Sequence record: NC_073068.1
Reading direction: 5' to 3' (one strand)
Source: Escherichia phage vB_EcoD_Pubbukkers
Length of the DNA: 44,476 nt
Shown one piece after another: positions 34,507 to 42,522 of this stretch. The position numbers and the translations under genes were made by a program. The notes below the pieces were generated by a model. It did not search any database. It was given only the letters and a program-made list of their open reading frames with translations, and was not told the DNA's origin. Every line of letters begins with the position of its first letter. Within the stretch, counting starts at the first letter, position 1.

Positions 34507-35929
34507 TGCTTAAGTCCTCGTCAGTAGCTTCAGACCACGCAGGGCGCGGGTCGTCTATTGGCGCTAATACCGGTTTAGCCGGTGCGCGCGTGATTTTATC
34601 ACACAGCTTCGCCCATACTTTCGGCTTCTCGTCCTTCAGTACCTTCTCGGCATCGGTAGGACTGAGTAATGTTTCTTTGTACATCACATCGCGCTTGATC
34701 CGGGCCTTAGTGAAGATTTCAATCACTTCGCGTTCGTCCGCCCACTTGCGAATCCCTTCCTTACCGGCAACCATCTTGAGGCCCAGCGATTCGCCATCAC
34801 CCGCCATTACGGCCTTGAATACCGCGGACTCGATAGCCTTGATGTGCTGGCGCATTGCGTCTAGACCCTCATATGCCTTGCGCAGTTCCGCCGCGCTCAT
34901 AGCGCCTGGTGCCGCTTCTCTCTTACTACGCTTCGCACGTCGTGCCGCTTTGCGGGCTTCGCGGGCCATATTGCGGTCGTGATTGGCGCATTCTTCCTCG
35001 GTCGCCACGCTCACGTCGTCGCCCAGGTCTTCGTCGGTTGCCGTTGGAGGTGTCATCGTGTCGATTGCGGCCTTAGCGCGGGCACTACACTGATCCGCAA
35101 ATCGACACCACTGGCACGCATCAACGCTGGGCCGGAAGTCTGCGCGGGTAAGCCCCTTCTTGCCTCGGGAATACGCCTCCAGTGCGGCAATAGCGCGCTT
35201 GGATGCAAACTTCGCGAATATCTCCAGCGCTTCTACCGAAATATCCCACTCCGACGCCCCGCCGCAATACGGCTGGAAGATAACCAGTCGCACGGTTGTA
35301 ATGTCGTACATAGTTTGCAGCTTGCGCAGCAGTCCGAGCGCGTACAACATAAGCTGTTTGTTCTCTTTCGCCTCGACCTTATGCCGCCCGGTCTTCAGGT
35401 CGCCAACAATCAGCATGTACGTTCCATCGGTCTTTTTCATGACCATGACCATATCGGCAGTACCGAACGTTTTAATCCTGTTGCCGTCGATCTCGTAGCC
35501 TGAGTGAAGGACGCGGGTCAGATCGGCGCGCATCTCAAGCTGGACAAACTCCGCCACTTCGAGGAGCGGTCGCCAGTGGTCGATGTACGCGTCGCACTGT
35601 TTCACCATGTCGTCGTTGACCAGTACGCCGCCTTTCGGTGCGTTAGGGTGTGCCTTTACTGGCCCCTTGCCTTCGTTCTCGACGTAGCACCCTTTATACG
35701 TCTTCGCGGTTATCAGCTTCTCACCGGCGATAATGCGGTTTAGCACCACCTCAGATACGGTGTGCATACTCGTACCGTTAATCGCGGCTTGCCCGGATTC
35801 GTTCGGGATATCTTTTTCCACCACCAGGGCGGCAGGGCAACCCATCCATTTTTTAGCACCGGATGGACCAAGTAATGAGTGTTCCGTATTGCTACCGGAT
35901 TGCGTTTTACGTTTTGGTTTAATCGCCAT
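34499..35929 (-). CDS. PD-(D/E)xK nuclease, DUF2800 / Cas4-like
   Basis: 476 aa; N-terminal LGPSGAKKWMGCPA, central VGDLKTGRHK (D-x-K) and C-terminal Cys cluster (ACQWCRFADQCS) as in Cas4/RecB-family exonucleases; adjacent to the SSB-like gene. Confidence 0.68.
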   Translation of the reverse strand: MAIKPKRKTQSGSNTEHSLLGPSGAKKWMGCPAALVVEKDIPNESGQAAINGTSMHTVSEVVLNRIIAGEKLITAKTYKGCYVENEGKGPVKAHPNAPKGGVLVNDDMVKQCDAYIDHWRPLLEVAEFVQLEMRADLTRVLHSGYEIDGNRIKTFGTADMVMVMKKTDGTYMLIVGDLKTGRHKVEAKENKQLMLYALGLLRKLQTMYDITTVRLVIFQPYCGGASEWDISVEALEIFAKFASKRAIAALEAYSRGKKGLTRADFRPSVDACQWCRFADQCSARAKAAIDTMTPPTATDEDLGDDVSVATEEECANHDRNMAREARKAARRAKRSKREAAPGAMSAAELRKAYEGLDAMRQHIKAIESAVFKAVMAGDGESLGLKMVAGKEGIRKWADEREVIEIFTKARIKRDVMYKETLLSPTDAEKVLKDEKPKVWAKLCDKITRAPAKPVLAPIDDPRPAWSEATDEDLSNE

Positions 35930-36117
35930 TATTCCACCCTTGAAAACTGAGCAATGTAATATTCATGTTTAACCCCAGCCCGCTTCGCGGCTTCGTTCAT
36001 GGTAGCCGCCAGTCCTCTGGCGTGAGTCCAGCAGCAATTCCAGTTCTGATTCATAACGATTTCCGGTTGCTCATCGCCGGTAATACGGCAACGAAATAAA
36101 ACAAAGAATATAGCCAT
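35929..36117 (-). CDS. hypothetical protein
   Basis: 62-aa ORF tightly packed between flanking genes. Confidence 0.4.
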   Translation of the reverse strand: MAIFFVLFRCRITGDEQPEIVMNQNWNCCWTHARGLAATMNEAAKRAGVKHEYYIAQFSRVE

Positions 36118-36369
36118 TTATTTTGTCTCCCAGCGGTCAATTGTTTTTGCTTCGGACGCAACGGCGAAGCGAACATATTCCAGATTGGAGTCCGCCCAAA
36201 TATAAAAGTCGGGGTTAGTAAAGGTGGTGCGCTTAATTTGCGCGGGGGTATTGCGGCGTTTGTCTATTACGGCAACGCGGGACTTAAAATTGCCGATGCG
36301 TTCGAATAGCCAATAATACGGGCGCTGGTCGCGGGAGTCCACCGCCTCGATTAGCGTGAAGCGTGCCAT
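36118..36369 (-). CDS. hypothetical protein
   Basis: 83 aa; ATG at 36369 lies immediately after the terminator that follows the acidic-protein gene. Confidence 0.45.
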   Translation of the reverse strand: MARFTLIEAVDSRDQRPYYWLFERIGNFKSRVAVIDKRRNTPAQIKRTTFTNPDFYIWADSNLEYVRFAVASEAKTIDRWETK

Positions 36370-36380
36370 TGTCTCGTCCT

Positions 36381-36410
36381 CTAAAAAGAGGCCCGCTAAT
36401 CTGCGGGCCG
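36381..36410 (-). terminator. rho-independent terminator on minus strand
   Basis: GGCCCGC-agatta-GCGGGCC followed by UCUUUUUAG on the minus strand; separates the first early gene from the rest of the leftward operon with no room for a new promoter. Confidence 0.65.
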
Positions 36411-36417
36411 GAATATA

Positions 36418-36933
36418 TTAATCTTCCAGTTCGAAATAGGTTTCGACGATTTCTTTTAGCTCTTCGTGGAAGTCTTCGACGTCGTCATCTTCCAGCTTGG
36501 CGATTGATTTGATCTCGAACGATTCCAGCAGGTTGTCGAATTCGTCGTTCGCATCGTCGTCATCGCCACCGGCGATAATCGCGGCATACTGTTTGATTTC
36601 GTCGCGCATCTCTGCCAGCGGGTCGGCATCTTTCTTACCTTTGCCTTTCGCCGGTGCTTTCTTAGACTTAGCCGGTTTTTCGTCTTCGGCATCGTCGTCG
36701 TCATCTTCTACGACTTCTTTTTTAGCCTTACCTTTCGCCGGGGATTTTTTAGATTTAGCCGGTTTTTCGTCTTCGGCGTCATCGTCGTCATCTTCGACAA
36801 CTTCTTTTTTGGCCTTAGACGGCTTCTTATCTTCCTGTTTACCAACGGCAGCGCCAACGGTTTCATAATGCTTTGCAATGGTTTCCAGTGCTACTACGCC
36901 GCGAGTGATCAGGTTTACGATTTGCTCAAACAT
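36418..36933 (-). CDS. acidic/basic repeat protein (first gene of the leftward early operon)
   Basis: 171 aa from ATG 36933 (MFEQIVNLITRG) with RBS GGAG; two tandem ~28-aa repeats (KKEVVEDDDDDAEDEKPAKSKKxPAKGKxKK) and an acidic C-terminus; has its own promoter and terminator. Confidence 0.6.
   Translation of the reverse strand: MFEQIVNLITRGVVALETIAKHYETVGAAVGKQEDKKPSKAKKEVVEDDDDDAEDEKPAKSKKSPAKGKAKKEVVEDDDDDAEDEKPAKSKKAPAKGKGKKDADPLAEMRDEIKQYAAIIAGGDDDDANDEFDNLLESFEIKSIAKLEDDDVEDFHEELKEIVETYFELED
36635..36814. repeat. tandem ~90-bp repeat (2 units) inside the acidic-protein gene
   Basis: Units 36635-36727 and 36728-36814 are imperfect copies (ttacctttcgccgg...agccggtttttcgtcttcggc...atcgtcgtcatcttc...cttcttttttRgcc). 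Confidence 0.7.
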
Positions 36934-37129
36934 GGTATATCTCCGATTGGTTAAGTTTAGGTGTCGGCAGTTAACTTCGTCGGTGGCCTTAACATATTGC
37001 CAGGTTACGCGTTCTCCCGTTCGGGTAGTGGACCTGGTTATATAATCACGGTTGGGAATCCTGACACTTCGATCCGGCCCCTGCGTTACCCCTCTCCAGT
37101 TTGCGTCCTGCATCCTGTCGACGGGGTGA

Positions 37130-37159
37130 ATAATAGATTGGTTGCAGGATGGGTGTCAA
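37130..37159 (-). promoter_or_regulatory. sigma70-like promoter for the acidic-protein gene
   Basis: On the minus strand: -35 TTGACA (37159-37154), 18-bp spacer containing TGCAACCAAT, -10 TATTAT (37135-37130); a 7-bp inverted repeat CATCCTG/CAGGATG (37111-37117 and 37146-37152) brackets the -10. Confidence 0.5.
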
Positions 37160-37170
37160 CAACTAATTTC

Positions 37171-37206
37171 AAAAAAAAAAGCGCCGAGGCAAAATGCGAC
37201 GGCGCT
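37171..37206 (-). terminator. strong rho-independent terminator on minus strand (A10 on plus = U10 on transcript)
   Basis: On the minus strand AGCGCCG-13 nt loop-CGGCGCU followed by ten U; stem at plus 37180-37206. Confidence 0.65.
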
Positions 37207-37234
37207 AACCAATAAGAGACAATGAGACGGGAGT

Positions 37235-37263
37235 ATTATTACACGCGTGCGCGCCCGTTTCAA
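37235..37263 (-). promoter_or_regulatory. sigma70-like promoter on minus strand upstream of the U10 terminator
   Basis: -35 TTGAAA (37263-37258), 17-bp spacer, -10 AATAAT (37240-37235) on the minus strand; would give a ~55-60 nt transcript ending at 37171. Confidence 0.4.
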
Positions 37264-37335
37264 TATCCAAAGGATTTGACACCTTGCGGTTTTAGGTGTA
37301 GTTTCGTTGATCATTAACCAACTGAGGGCAGAGCA

Positions 37336-37665
37336 ATGAATGTAAACGACGCAATCGAAATGTTAACGAAGACTGTTTGCAGTGAGACTAGCCGGTCCTG
37401 GGCTTATACCGATGCCGTTGGGGAGGTGTTATTTGAAATCGAACGACTGCGCAGTGTCGAAAAAGAATTACGCGCCAGGCTGGAATTGCTCAACGGTACG
37501 GCGGCCAGCAAGCTGCAAAAGCACAATGAAGAAATGGAAGAATACAAAAAGCAGGTTATCCGTTTGCGCGCCGAGGGCAAATCCTGGGCGATGATTGCCG
37601 AGTTGACCGGAATTAATCAGAGCACAGTGCGCTCCTGGGTACGCAATAATAAAACTTCTAAGTAA
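37336..37665 (+). CDS. HTH DNA-binding protein (putative transcriptional regulator)
   Basis: 109 aa; C-terminal helix-turn-helix-like GKSWAMIAELTGINQSTVRSWVR; first gene of the rightward arm; perfect -35 TTGACA at 37276-37281 upstream. Confidence 0.55.
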   Translation: MNVNDAIEMLTKTVCSETSRSWAYTDAVGEVLFEIERLRSVEKELRARLELLNGTAASKLQKHNEEMEEYKKQVIRLRAEGKSWAMIAELTGINQSTVRSWVRNNKTSK

Positions 37666-37675
37666 GGCCACGGCA

Positions 37676-39940
37676 ATGAGCTTAATTAAATTCGCTGTAA
37701 CACGACCCGCTAAAAAAGGCGAAAAAGCCAGGGCGGAAAACTTCCAGATGACTACCGAAGAGTTTTTCGAATTTATCAATGATGCGAAAGAAATCTCCTC
37801 GGTGCATATCAACAAGACGGAAGATAAAGCCGAGTATGCGCGCCGCAAGCGTAAGGCCGATGGCATCGTAGCGTATACCAGTGACGGCTTACGCCGCAAG
37901 ACCAGTGCGGTGGACCGCTCGATCCTGTTCTTCGATATTGACCGTACCGACACCCGCACCCTACGCCGCTGCCGTAAGGCGTTCATCGACGCGGGACTGG
38001 AGCACGTCTTCCACACCACAACCGGCGACCGCCATCCGCTGAAAGGCGGCACGCGTTGCGCTCGATTCCTGGTACTCACGGACAAGCCTGTACCGGCTGA
38101 AGACCTGGGCCGTGTCCAGTATGCGCTATTACACCAACTGGGTCTGTCAGATGTGGACTTCGACGATTGCACGAAAGACACAAACCGCCTTATGTACCTG
38201 CCACACCAGCAATCGGTTGTTAAGTGTCACTACGGCAAACGCGCCCGCGTCCGTCGTCTTCTTCGCCTGGCTGATAAGCTGGGAATGGAAAAAGAGGAAG
38301 TCCGCCGCGAACTGACCCAGGGCGACGACGCAGTGGCAGACGGCATTCTGGACTGGTGCTTCCAGGCAGGATTCGAGGAGTTATCTTCCGGGCGGGGCTA
38401 TGAAGTGCCGTGCCCTAACGAACACCTACACAGCGGCGAAGGGTCCACCGCTATTATGGTCAAGGATGGCGAGATCCGTTTCAAGTGTATGCACACCGGC
38501 AACGAGTGTTGCTCGGAACTGAATAGACACCAGCACCTGGCGCTACGTCTTATCGGGATCCCGGACCACCTGAACGTCGAACCGCACAACATGTCACGTA
38601 AGCAAATCGCCGCCATCCTCCCAGGGCTGGACGACGAGGAAGTCGAATCATTATATGAACATATTGTTGATGCGGTTGGCGACGGCGAAGAATACGGCGT
38701 GTGCACCGATGCGGATCTGGATAACGAGCCGGTTGCGCTGTTCAGTAAGCACGACCCGATCATAGAAGGCCTGGTCAACTTCAAATCGACCTGGTATCTT
38801 GCTGGCGAGTCGAACATCGGTAAATCGTTCTACGTGCTGGGGCAAATGGGTGCGGTTGCCGCGGGGATTCCGTTCGGTGGCGCGAAGGTCGTCCAGTCTC
38901 ATTGCTTCTATTTCGACGCGGAAGGTGGCGAAGCCTCTAACCAGCGCAAAGAAGCATTGCAGATTAAATATGAGCACGACCTGGACAAGCTGCACATTAT
39001 CGATCTGCAATCACGCGGCTGGGATATCACCAGCAAATCCGGCTTGCGTGAAGTTATCAGCTTCATCAACCGCACCGCTAACGGCGAGCCGGTTGGCCTG
39101 GTGGCGTTCGACTCACTCAACCAGACTGTCGCGCTGCGGTCCGCCGATGCCAAACCGTTCGACGAGAACAACGCCAGCGATATGGGTGAAGTGGTCAAAG
39201 CGCTGAAGGCCATCGCGGAAAATACAGGCGGCAGCGCGGGCGTCATCCACCACCCGGCGAAGGGTGCAAACGGCAGCAGAACCCCCCGAGGGTCCGGCGC
39301 GCTGCATGGTGCTGTCGATTCTGCGTTCTTCCTGGAACAGCCGGACGACAACCAGCCCGGACAATTGAACCTGTATCATGAGAAGTCACGTAACGGCATC
39401 AAGCAAGCGCCGCGTGGCTTCGTCCTGCTCAAGTGCAAGGTGAAGGTGGATCTCCGCAAGTCCGAGGCGTTCGAGGCGCACCAGTCCACCAGCACCGGGC
39501 CAGACTTCGGCGATGTGGTTGCCGGTTGGGACGTCAAGCCAATTGCCTCCACGCCACGCGACGAGACTCTTTACCTCGTACCGGTCGCCCTGGCACCGTT
39601 CGCCATCGAGCAGGCGAAGTCCGCGGGCAAGGCCGCAGTTAAGGAAGAGAACGCCGCGGGACCGCGCAACGAAAAAGAGAAAGTGCTTTATGCGGCCCTG
39701 GAAAAACTGATGGAAGATAACCCGGACCATACTGGTTTCAGTAAATCGGCAATTGTCCGCCAGGCGGGACTCGCGAAGGGTGGTACTTCGACGAAGGCAA
39801 TCGACGATATGGTCGAGCGCGGCGTACTCGGTTTTTATACCGATCCGCACACCGGGGCCATCTATGGGTCGTCGAATATCGTCATCAAAACGAACATACC
39901 AATCACGCTTTCGGCGACCGATGATGATTTAAAAGATTAA
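37676..39940 (+). CDS. DNA primase/helicase (AEP prim-pol-like N-domain plus RecA-like ATPase)
   Basis: 754 aa; N-terminal ILFFDIDRTD (acidic D-x-D motif as in archaeo-eukaryotic primases); Cys/His cluster (CPNEHLHSGEG...FKCMHTGNECC); Walker A GESNIGKSF and VAFDSLNQ Walker B-like segment. Confidence 0.75.
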   Translation: MSLIKFAVTRPAKKGEKARAENFQMTTEEFFEFINDAKEISSVHINKTEDKAEYARRKRKADGIVAYTSDGLRRKTSAVDRSILFFDIDRTDTRTLRRCRKAFIDAGLEHVFHTTTGDRHPLKGGTRCARFLVLTDKPVPAEDLGRVQYALLHQLGLSDVDFDDCTKDTNRLMYLPHQQSVVKCHYGKRARVRRLLRLADKLGMEKEEVRRELTQGDDAVADGILDWCFQAGFEELSSGRGYEVPCPNEHLHSGEGSTAIMVKDGEIRFKCMHTGNECCSELNRHQHLALRLIGIPDHLNVEPHNMSRKQIAAILPGLDDEEVESLYEHIVDAVGDGEEYGVCTDADLDNEPVALFSKHDPIIEGLVNFKSTWYLAGESNIGKSFYVLGQMGAVAAGIPFGGAKVVQSHCFYFDAEGGEASNQRKEALQIKYEHDLDKLHIIDLQSRGWDITSKSGLREVISFINRTANGEPVGLVAFDSLNQTVALRSADAKPFDENNASDMGEVVKALKAIAENTGGSAGVIHHPAKGANGSRTPRGSGALHGAVDSAFFLEQPDDNQPGQLNLYHEKSRNGIKQAPRGFVLLKCKVKVDLRKSEAFEAHQSTSTGPDFGDVVAGWDVKPIASTPRDETLYLVPVALAPFAIEQAKSAGKAAVKEENAAGPRNEKEKVLYAALEKLMEDNPDHTGFSKSAIVRQAGLAKGGTSTKAIDDMVERGVLGFYTDPHTGAIYGSSNIVIKTNIPITLSATDDDLKD

Positions 39941-40015
39941 ATTTTGCGCGCATTGGTCGCCGTTATGGGAATCCCCATATCGGTAAAAGATTAAATTTTG
40001 CGCGCATTGGTTGCC
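39930..40015. repeat. pair of 32-bp direct repeats (31/32 identical) overlapping the primase stop
   Basis: taaaagattaaattttgcgcgcattggtYgcc at 39930-39961 and 39984-40015, 54-bp period; each ends in an ATTGGTYGCC motif. Confidence 0.8.
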
Positions 40016-40075
40016 ATTTTGCGTGCTTTTAGCTGGTCGTATTGGTTGCCGTGTAGTGTAAATATAATGAATAGT

Positions 40076-40263
40076 TATGCAGTTTTATTGCATAAAGTAA
40101 GCGGGACAAAAAGCGGGACAGACCAGGGGCGGGACAAAGCGGGACAGCACCCCTGTCCCGCCCCGGATGACGCGGCCTGGCGAGGAGCGGGACAGCGGGA
40201 CAGCACCCCAGTCTTTCAGACTAGACGGGGGGTCTGGCACCCCCCTCGTCTGAGACTGAATAA
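40076..40263. repeat. copy 2 of the ~188-bp duplicated element (GCGGGACA iterons plus conserved stem-loop)
   Basis: Aligns with 11596-11782: same TATGCA...TGCATA palindrome, four plus two GCGGGACA units and the same stem (loop sequence differs). Confidence 0.85.
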
Positions 40264-40475
40264 AATCCGGGATTGCATAACGCACGGCAACAAGATGCGG
40301 AGTGCGGTCGTCGATGAACTAGGCAACCAACGCGAGATGCATTATGCTGAGTGAAAAATTCAGTTTGCAGTTGCAGCAGATAGCGATCAACTTTTTCATG
40401 CGCGTGATTGATATTGGTTGCATTCGTCCTGCCAGGGTGTTAGATTGGTTGCATATCAAACGAAGGAGGGCATTC

Positions 40476-40781
40476 ATGAAGGCTTTAATCTGGAATTACA
40501 CATCAGCGGTCGCAGCGCTCTATGAAGCGAAGGCGCTGAACGGCAACGTAGACCGTGCGCGCCAGTTTGCGACACTGGCACACCAGTCAATCATGTGTGC
40601 GCTAGACGATATGGACGCCAGCATGGATGACCTGGGTCCGCTGCGTAAGGCAATCCATGAATACGCGCTGGCATTCTCCCGTGAGCGCCTGGCTTATCGC
40701 TTCGGTATTGGCGAGAAGGCAGTGACAAACGTAGCCAGGATTAAAGCCCAGCGTGAGCTATTCGCCCAGCTTGCGAAATAA
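40476..40781 (+). CDS. hypothetical protein
   Basis: 101 aa from ATG 40476 (MKALIWNYTS) with RBS AAGGAGGG; the ORF-track start at 40344 is rejected. Confidence 0.55.
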   Translation: MKALIWNYTSAVAALYEAKALNGNVDRARQFATLAHQSIMCALDDMDASMDDLGPLRKAIHEYALAFSRERLAYRFGIGEKAVTNVARIKAQRELFAQLAK

Positions 40782-40790
40782 GGGGCCAAA

Positions 40791-41066
40791 ATGGGGCGTA
40801 GACGAGCAAAACAGCTTTCGTGGCATATTCCCCTGCATTGCATACGAATATGGGCGGAGAATGCGACTGAGGGCGATTCTGTATTCTGGTGCTATCGCGA
40901 TGACGTGAAGCCACTGACGCAGACTCGCTACTTACACCAGTTCGCAGCACAACACGATTTCAGGGTGCGGACTTCCTTGAAACCAATGGGAATACGTATT
41001 ACATTACGCCGGAAGCCCGCCGTTGAGCGGGTAGGCAAACACTGGAGACTGCGCAAATGTTCTTAG
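40791..41066 (+). CDS. hypothetical protein
   Basis: 91-aa basic ORF with RBS AAGGGG. Confidence 0.45.
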   Translation: MGRRRAKQLSWHIPLHCIRIWAENATEGDSVFWCYRDDVKPLTQTRYLHQFAAQHDFRVRTSLKPMGIRITLRRKPAVERVGKHWRLRKCS

Positions 41067-41187
41067 ACGGAATATCGCAGGCGTTTATCGACCTGCATAT
41101 GTGCGTACTTGACTACGAACAAAACGGCATCGCTACGGTATGCGATGGCGACTATAAGACTGTTGACGAGATTGAGGAGACTGAGCA

Positions 41188-41730
41188 ATGAAATTACTAT
41201 TCCGCCGTAAGCACGATGGGCGCATCCTGAAGCCGATCCAGACCCTGGATTCCTACGTCCGCTTGCAAGACGCGGCAGGCAATCGGGTGTGGTGGGCGGT
41301 GAAAGACAAGCTGCCTGAAAACTTTGACGTACTCACACACGATATCGAGCGGGGCGATGTTCTGCGTAATATTCGCGACGGGCAATTGTGGGTCGTGGAG
41401 TATGTCGGACAGCACGCCTTGCGTATGCAGACCCGCAAGGGTGGCGTATCGGGCAACATGATTAGGGGAATGACGTACTTCGGGCTAATCCACTACGAGC
41501 GCGTTGGTCGCAAATACAGCCTTCGCGACCGCCAGCCGCATGAGCGCGCTACTTACGACGCGACCCAGGTGCAATCTAAAATTCGCCAGGCCACGCGTGA
41601 GATAGTCAATCGCTTTGATGCCGTGACGAACGCACAGCGCCATGCGCAGGAGTACGGTGTGGGATTCATCCGCGTCGAACAGGACGGCAGCATGAACGCT
41701 ATTGACCCGCGCTCGGTGATTCTGAAATGA
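41188..41730 (+). CDS. hypothetical protein
   Basis: 180-aa ORF; its ATG overlaps the stop of an upstream 44-codon ORF (41057-41191). Confidence 0.5.
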   Translation: MKLLFRRKHDGRILKPIQTLDSYVRLQDAAGNRVWWAVKDKLPENFDVLTHDIERGDVLRNIRDGQLWVVEYVGQHALRMQTRKGGVSGNMIRGMTYFGLIHYERVGRKYSLRDRQPHERATYDATQVQSKIRQATREIVNRFDAVTNAQRHAQEYGVGFIRVEQDGSMNAIDPRSVILK

Positions 41731-41955
41731 GTGCGACGATCCGTGATATGCTTCAGCACAACCGCTTTGAGATAGGCGGTCGGGTGTTTCGCAATTACTT
41801 CGTGGCGCGTGCATGGGCGCGCCATATTGGCAAACCGGAAGGGGCAATTCGATGCTATACGTCTTCGCGGTAGTATGTGGCGGTAGTCTGGTGGCCCTGG
41901 TGCTGTTGGCGTCGGCAAGTGGTCCATTTTCGATTAATTATGCAAGCGTGATATA

Positions 41956-41990
41956 GTCCCAGTGAGCTAAAACTTACTGGGACTTTTTTA
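41956..41990 (+). terminator. rho-independent terminator / RBS-occluding hairpin immediately upstream of the holin
   Basis: GTCCCAGTGAG-ctaaaa-CTTACTGGGAC stem followed by TTTTTT and then the holin ATG at 41990. Confidence 0.6.
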
Positions 41991-42280
41991 TGGATAAGCT
42001 AAACGAGTGGTTATTTGCCCTCGCATGTCTGGCAGGCGGCTTCGTAGGCGCACGCATTCACGGCGAGGCTACGAAAGGGCCGCTAAACTTCGTGTTATAT
42101 ATCGTAGTTGGCTTCCTGTGTGCCATCTTTGGTGCGCCAGCTATCGCCGAGTGGGCTGGCTTATCTGGCGAGCGCACTGTCGCCGGTTTGGGCTTCGTAA
42201 CTGCCATCTTCTGGATGCCAATAGCTGACCGGATCCGGGAGACAATTGCGTCGCTACACCTTCCGGGGGGCGCAAAATGA
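41990..42280 (+). CDS. holin (putative)
   Basis: 96 aa with three hydrophobic segments and a charged C-terminus; first gene of a three-gene cassette ending in a lysozyme. Confidence 0.6.
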   Translation: MDKLNEWLFALACLAGGFVGARIHGEATKGPLNFVLYIVVGFLCAIFGAPAIAEWAGLSGERTVAGLGFVTAIFWMPIADRIRETIASLHLPGGAK

Positions 42281-42522
42281 TTATCACCGTCCTGTTGTTT
42301 GTTATCATAGGGGCTTCGTCCCTGTTTAACGTGTATGCGCCGTCCGTTCAGGATGGCTTCTTCGGTCGGGTGTTATATCTGCTAACAGCAATGACCTGTA
42401 TTGTCGGGCTGTTGCAAACGGGAGACGTCTCTGATGCCACCTGGACCGCGTTAATCTGGCTGTTTGCATTGCGCACCCTGCGTAATGCTGTGTTGAATGG
42501 GGTAAAACATGCGATTCAGTGA
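42277..42522 (+). CDS. second holin-like membrane protein (holin or antiholin)
   Basis: 81 aa with two or three hydrophobic helices; start overlaps the previous stop; overlaps the endolysin start. Confidence 0.5.
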   Translation: MIITVLLFVIIGASSLFNVYAPSVQDGFFGRVLYLLTAMTCIVGLLQTGDVSDATWTALIWLFALRTLRNAVLNGVKHAIQ

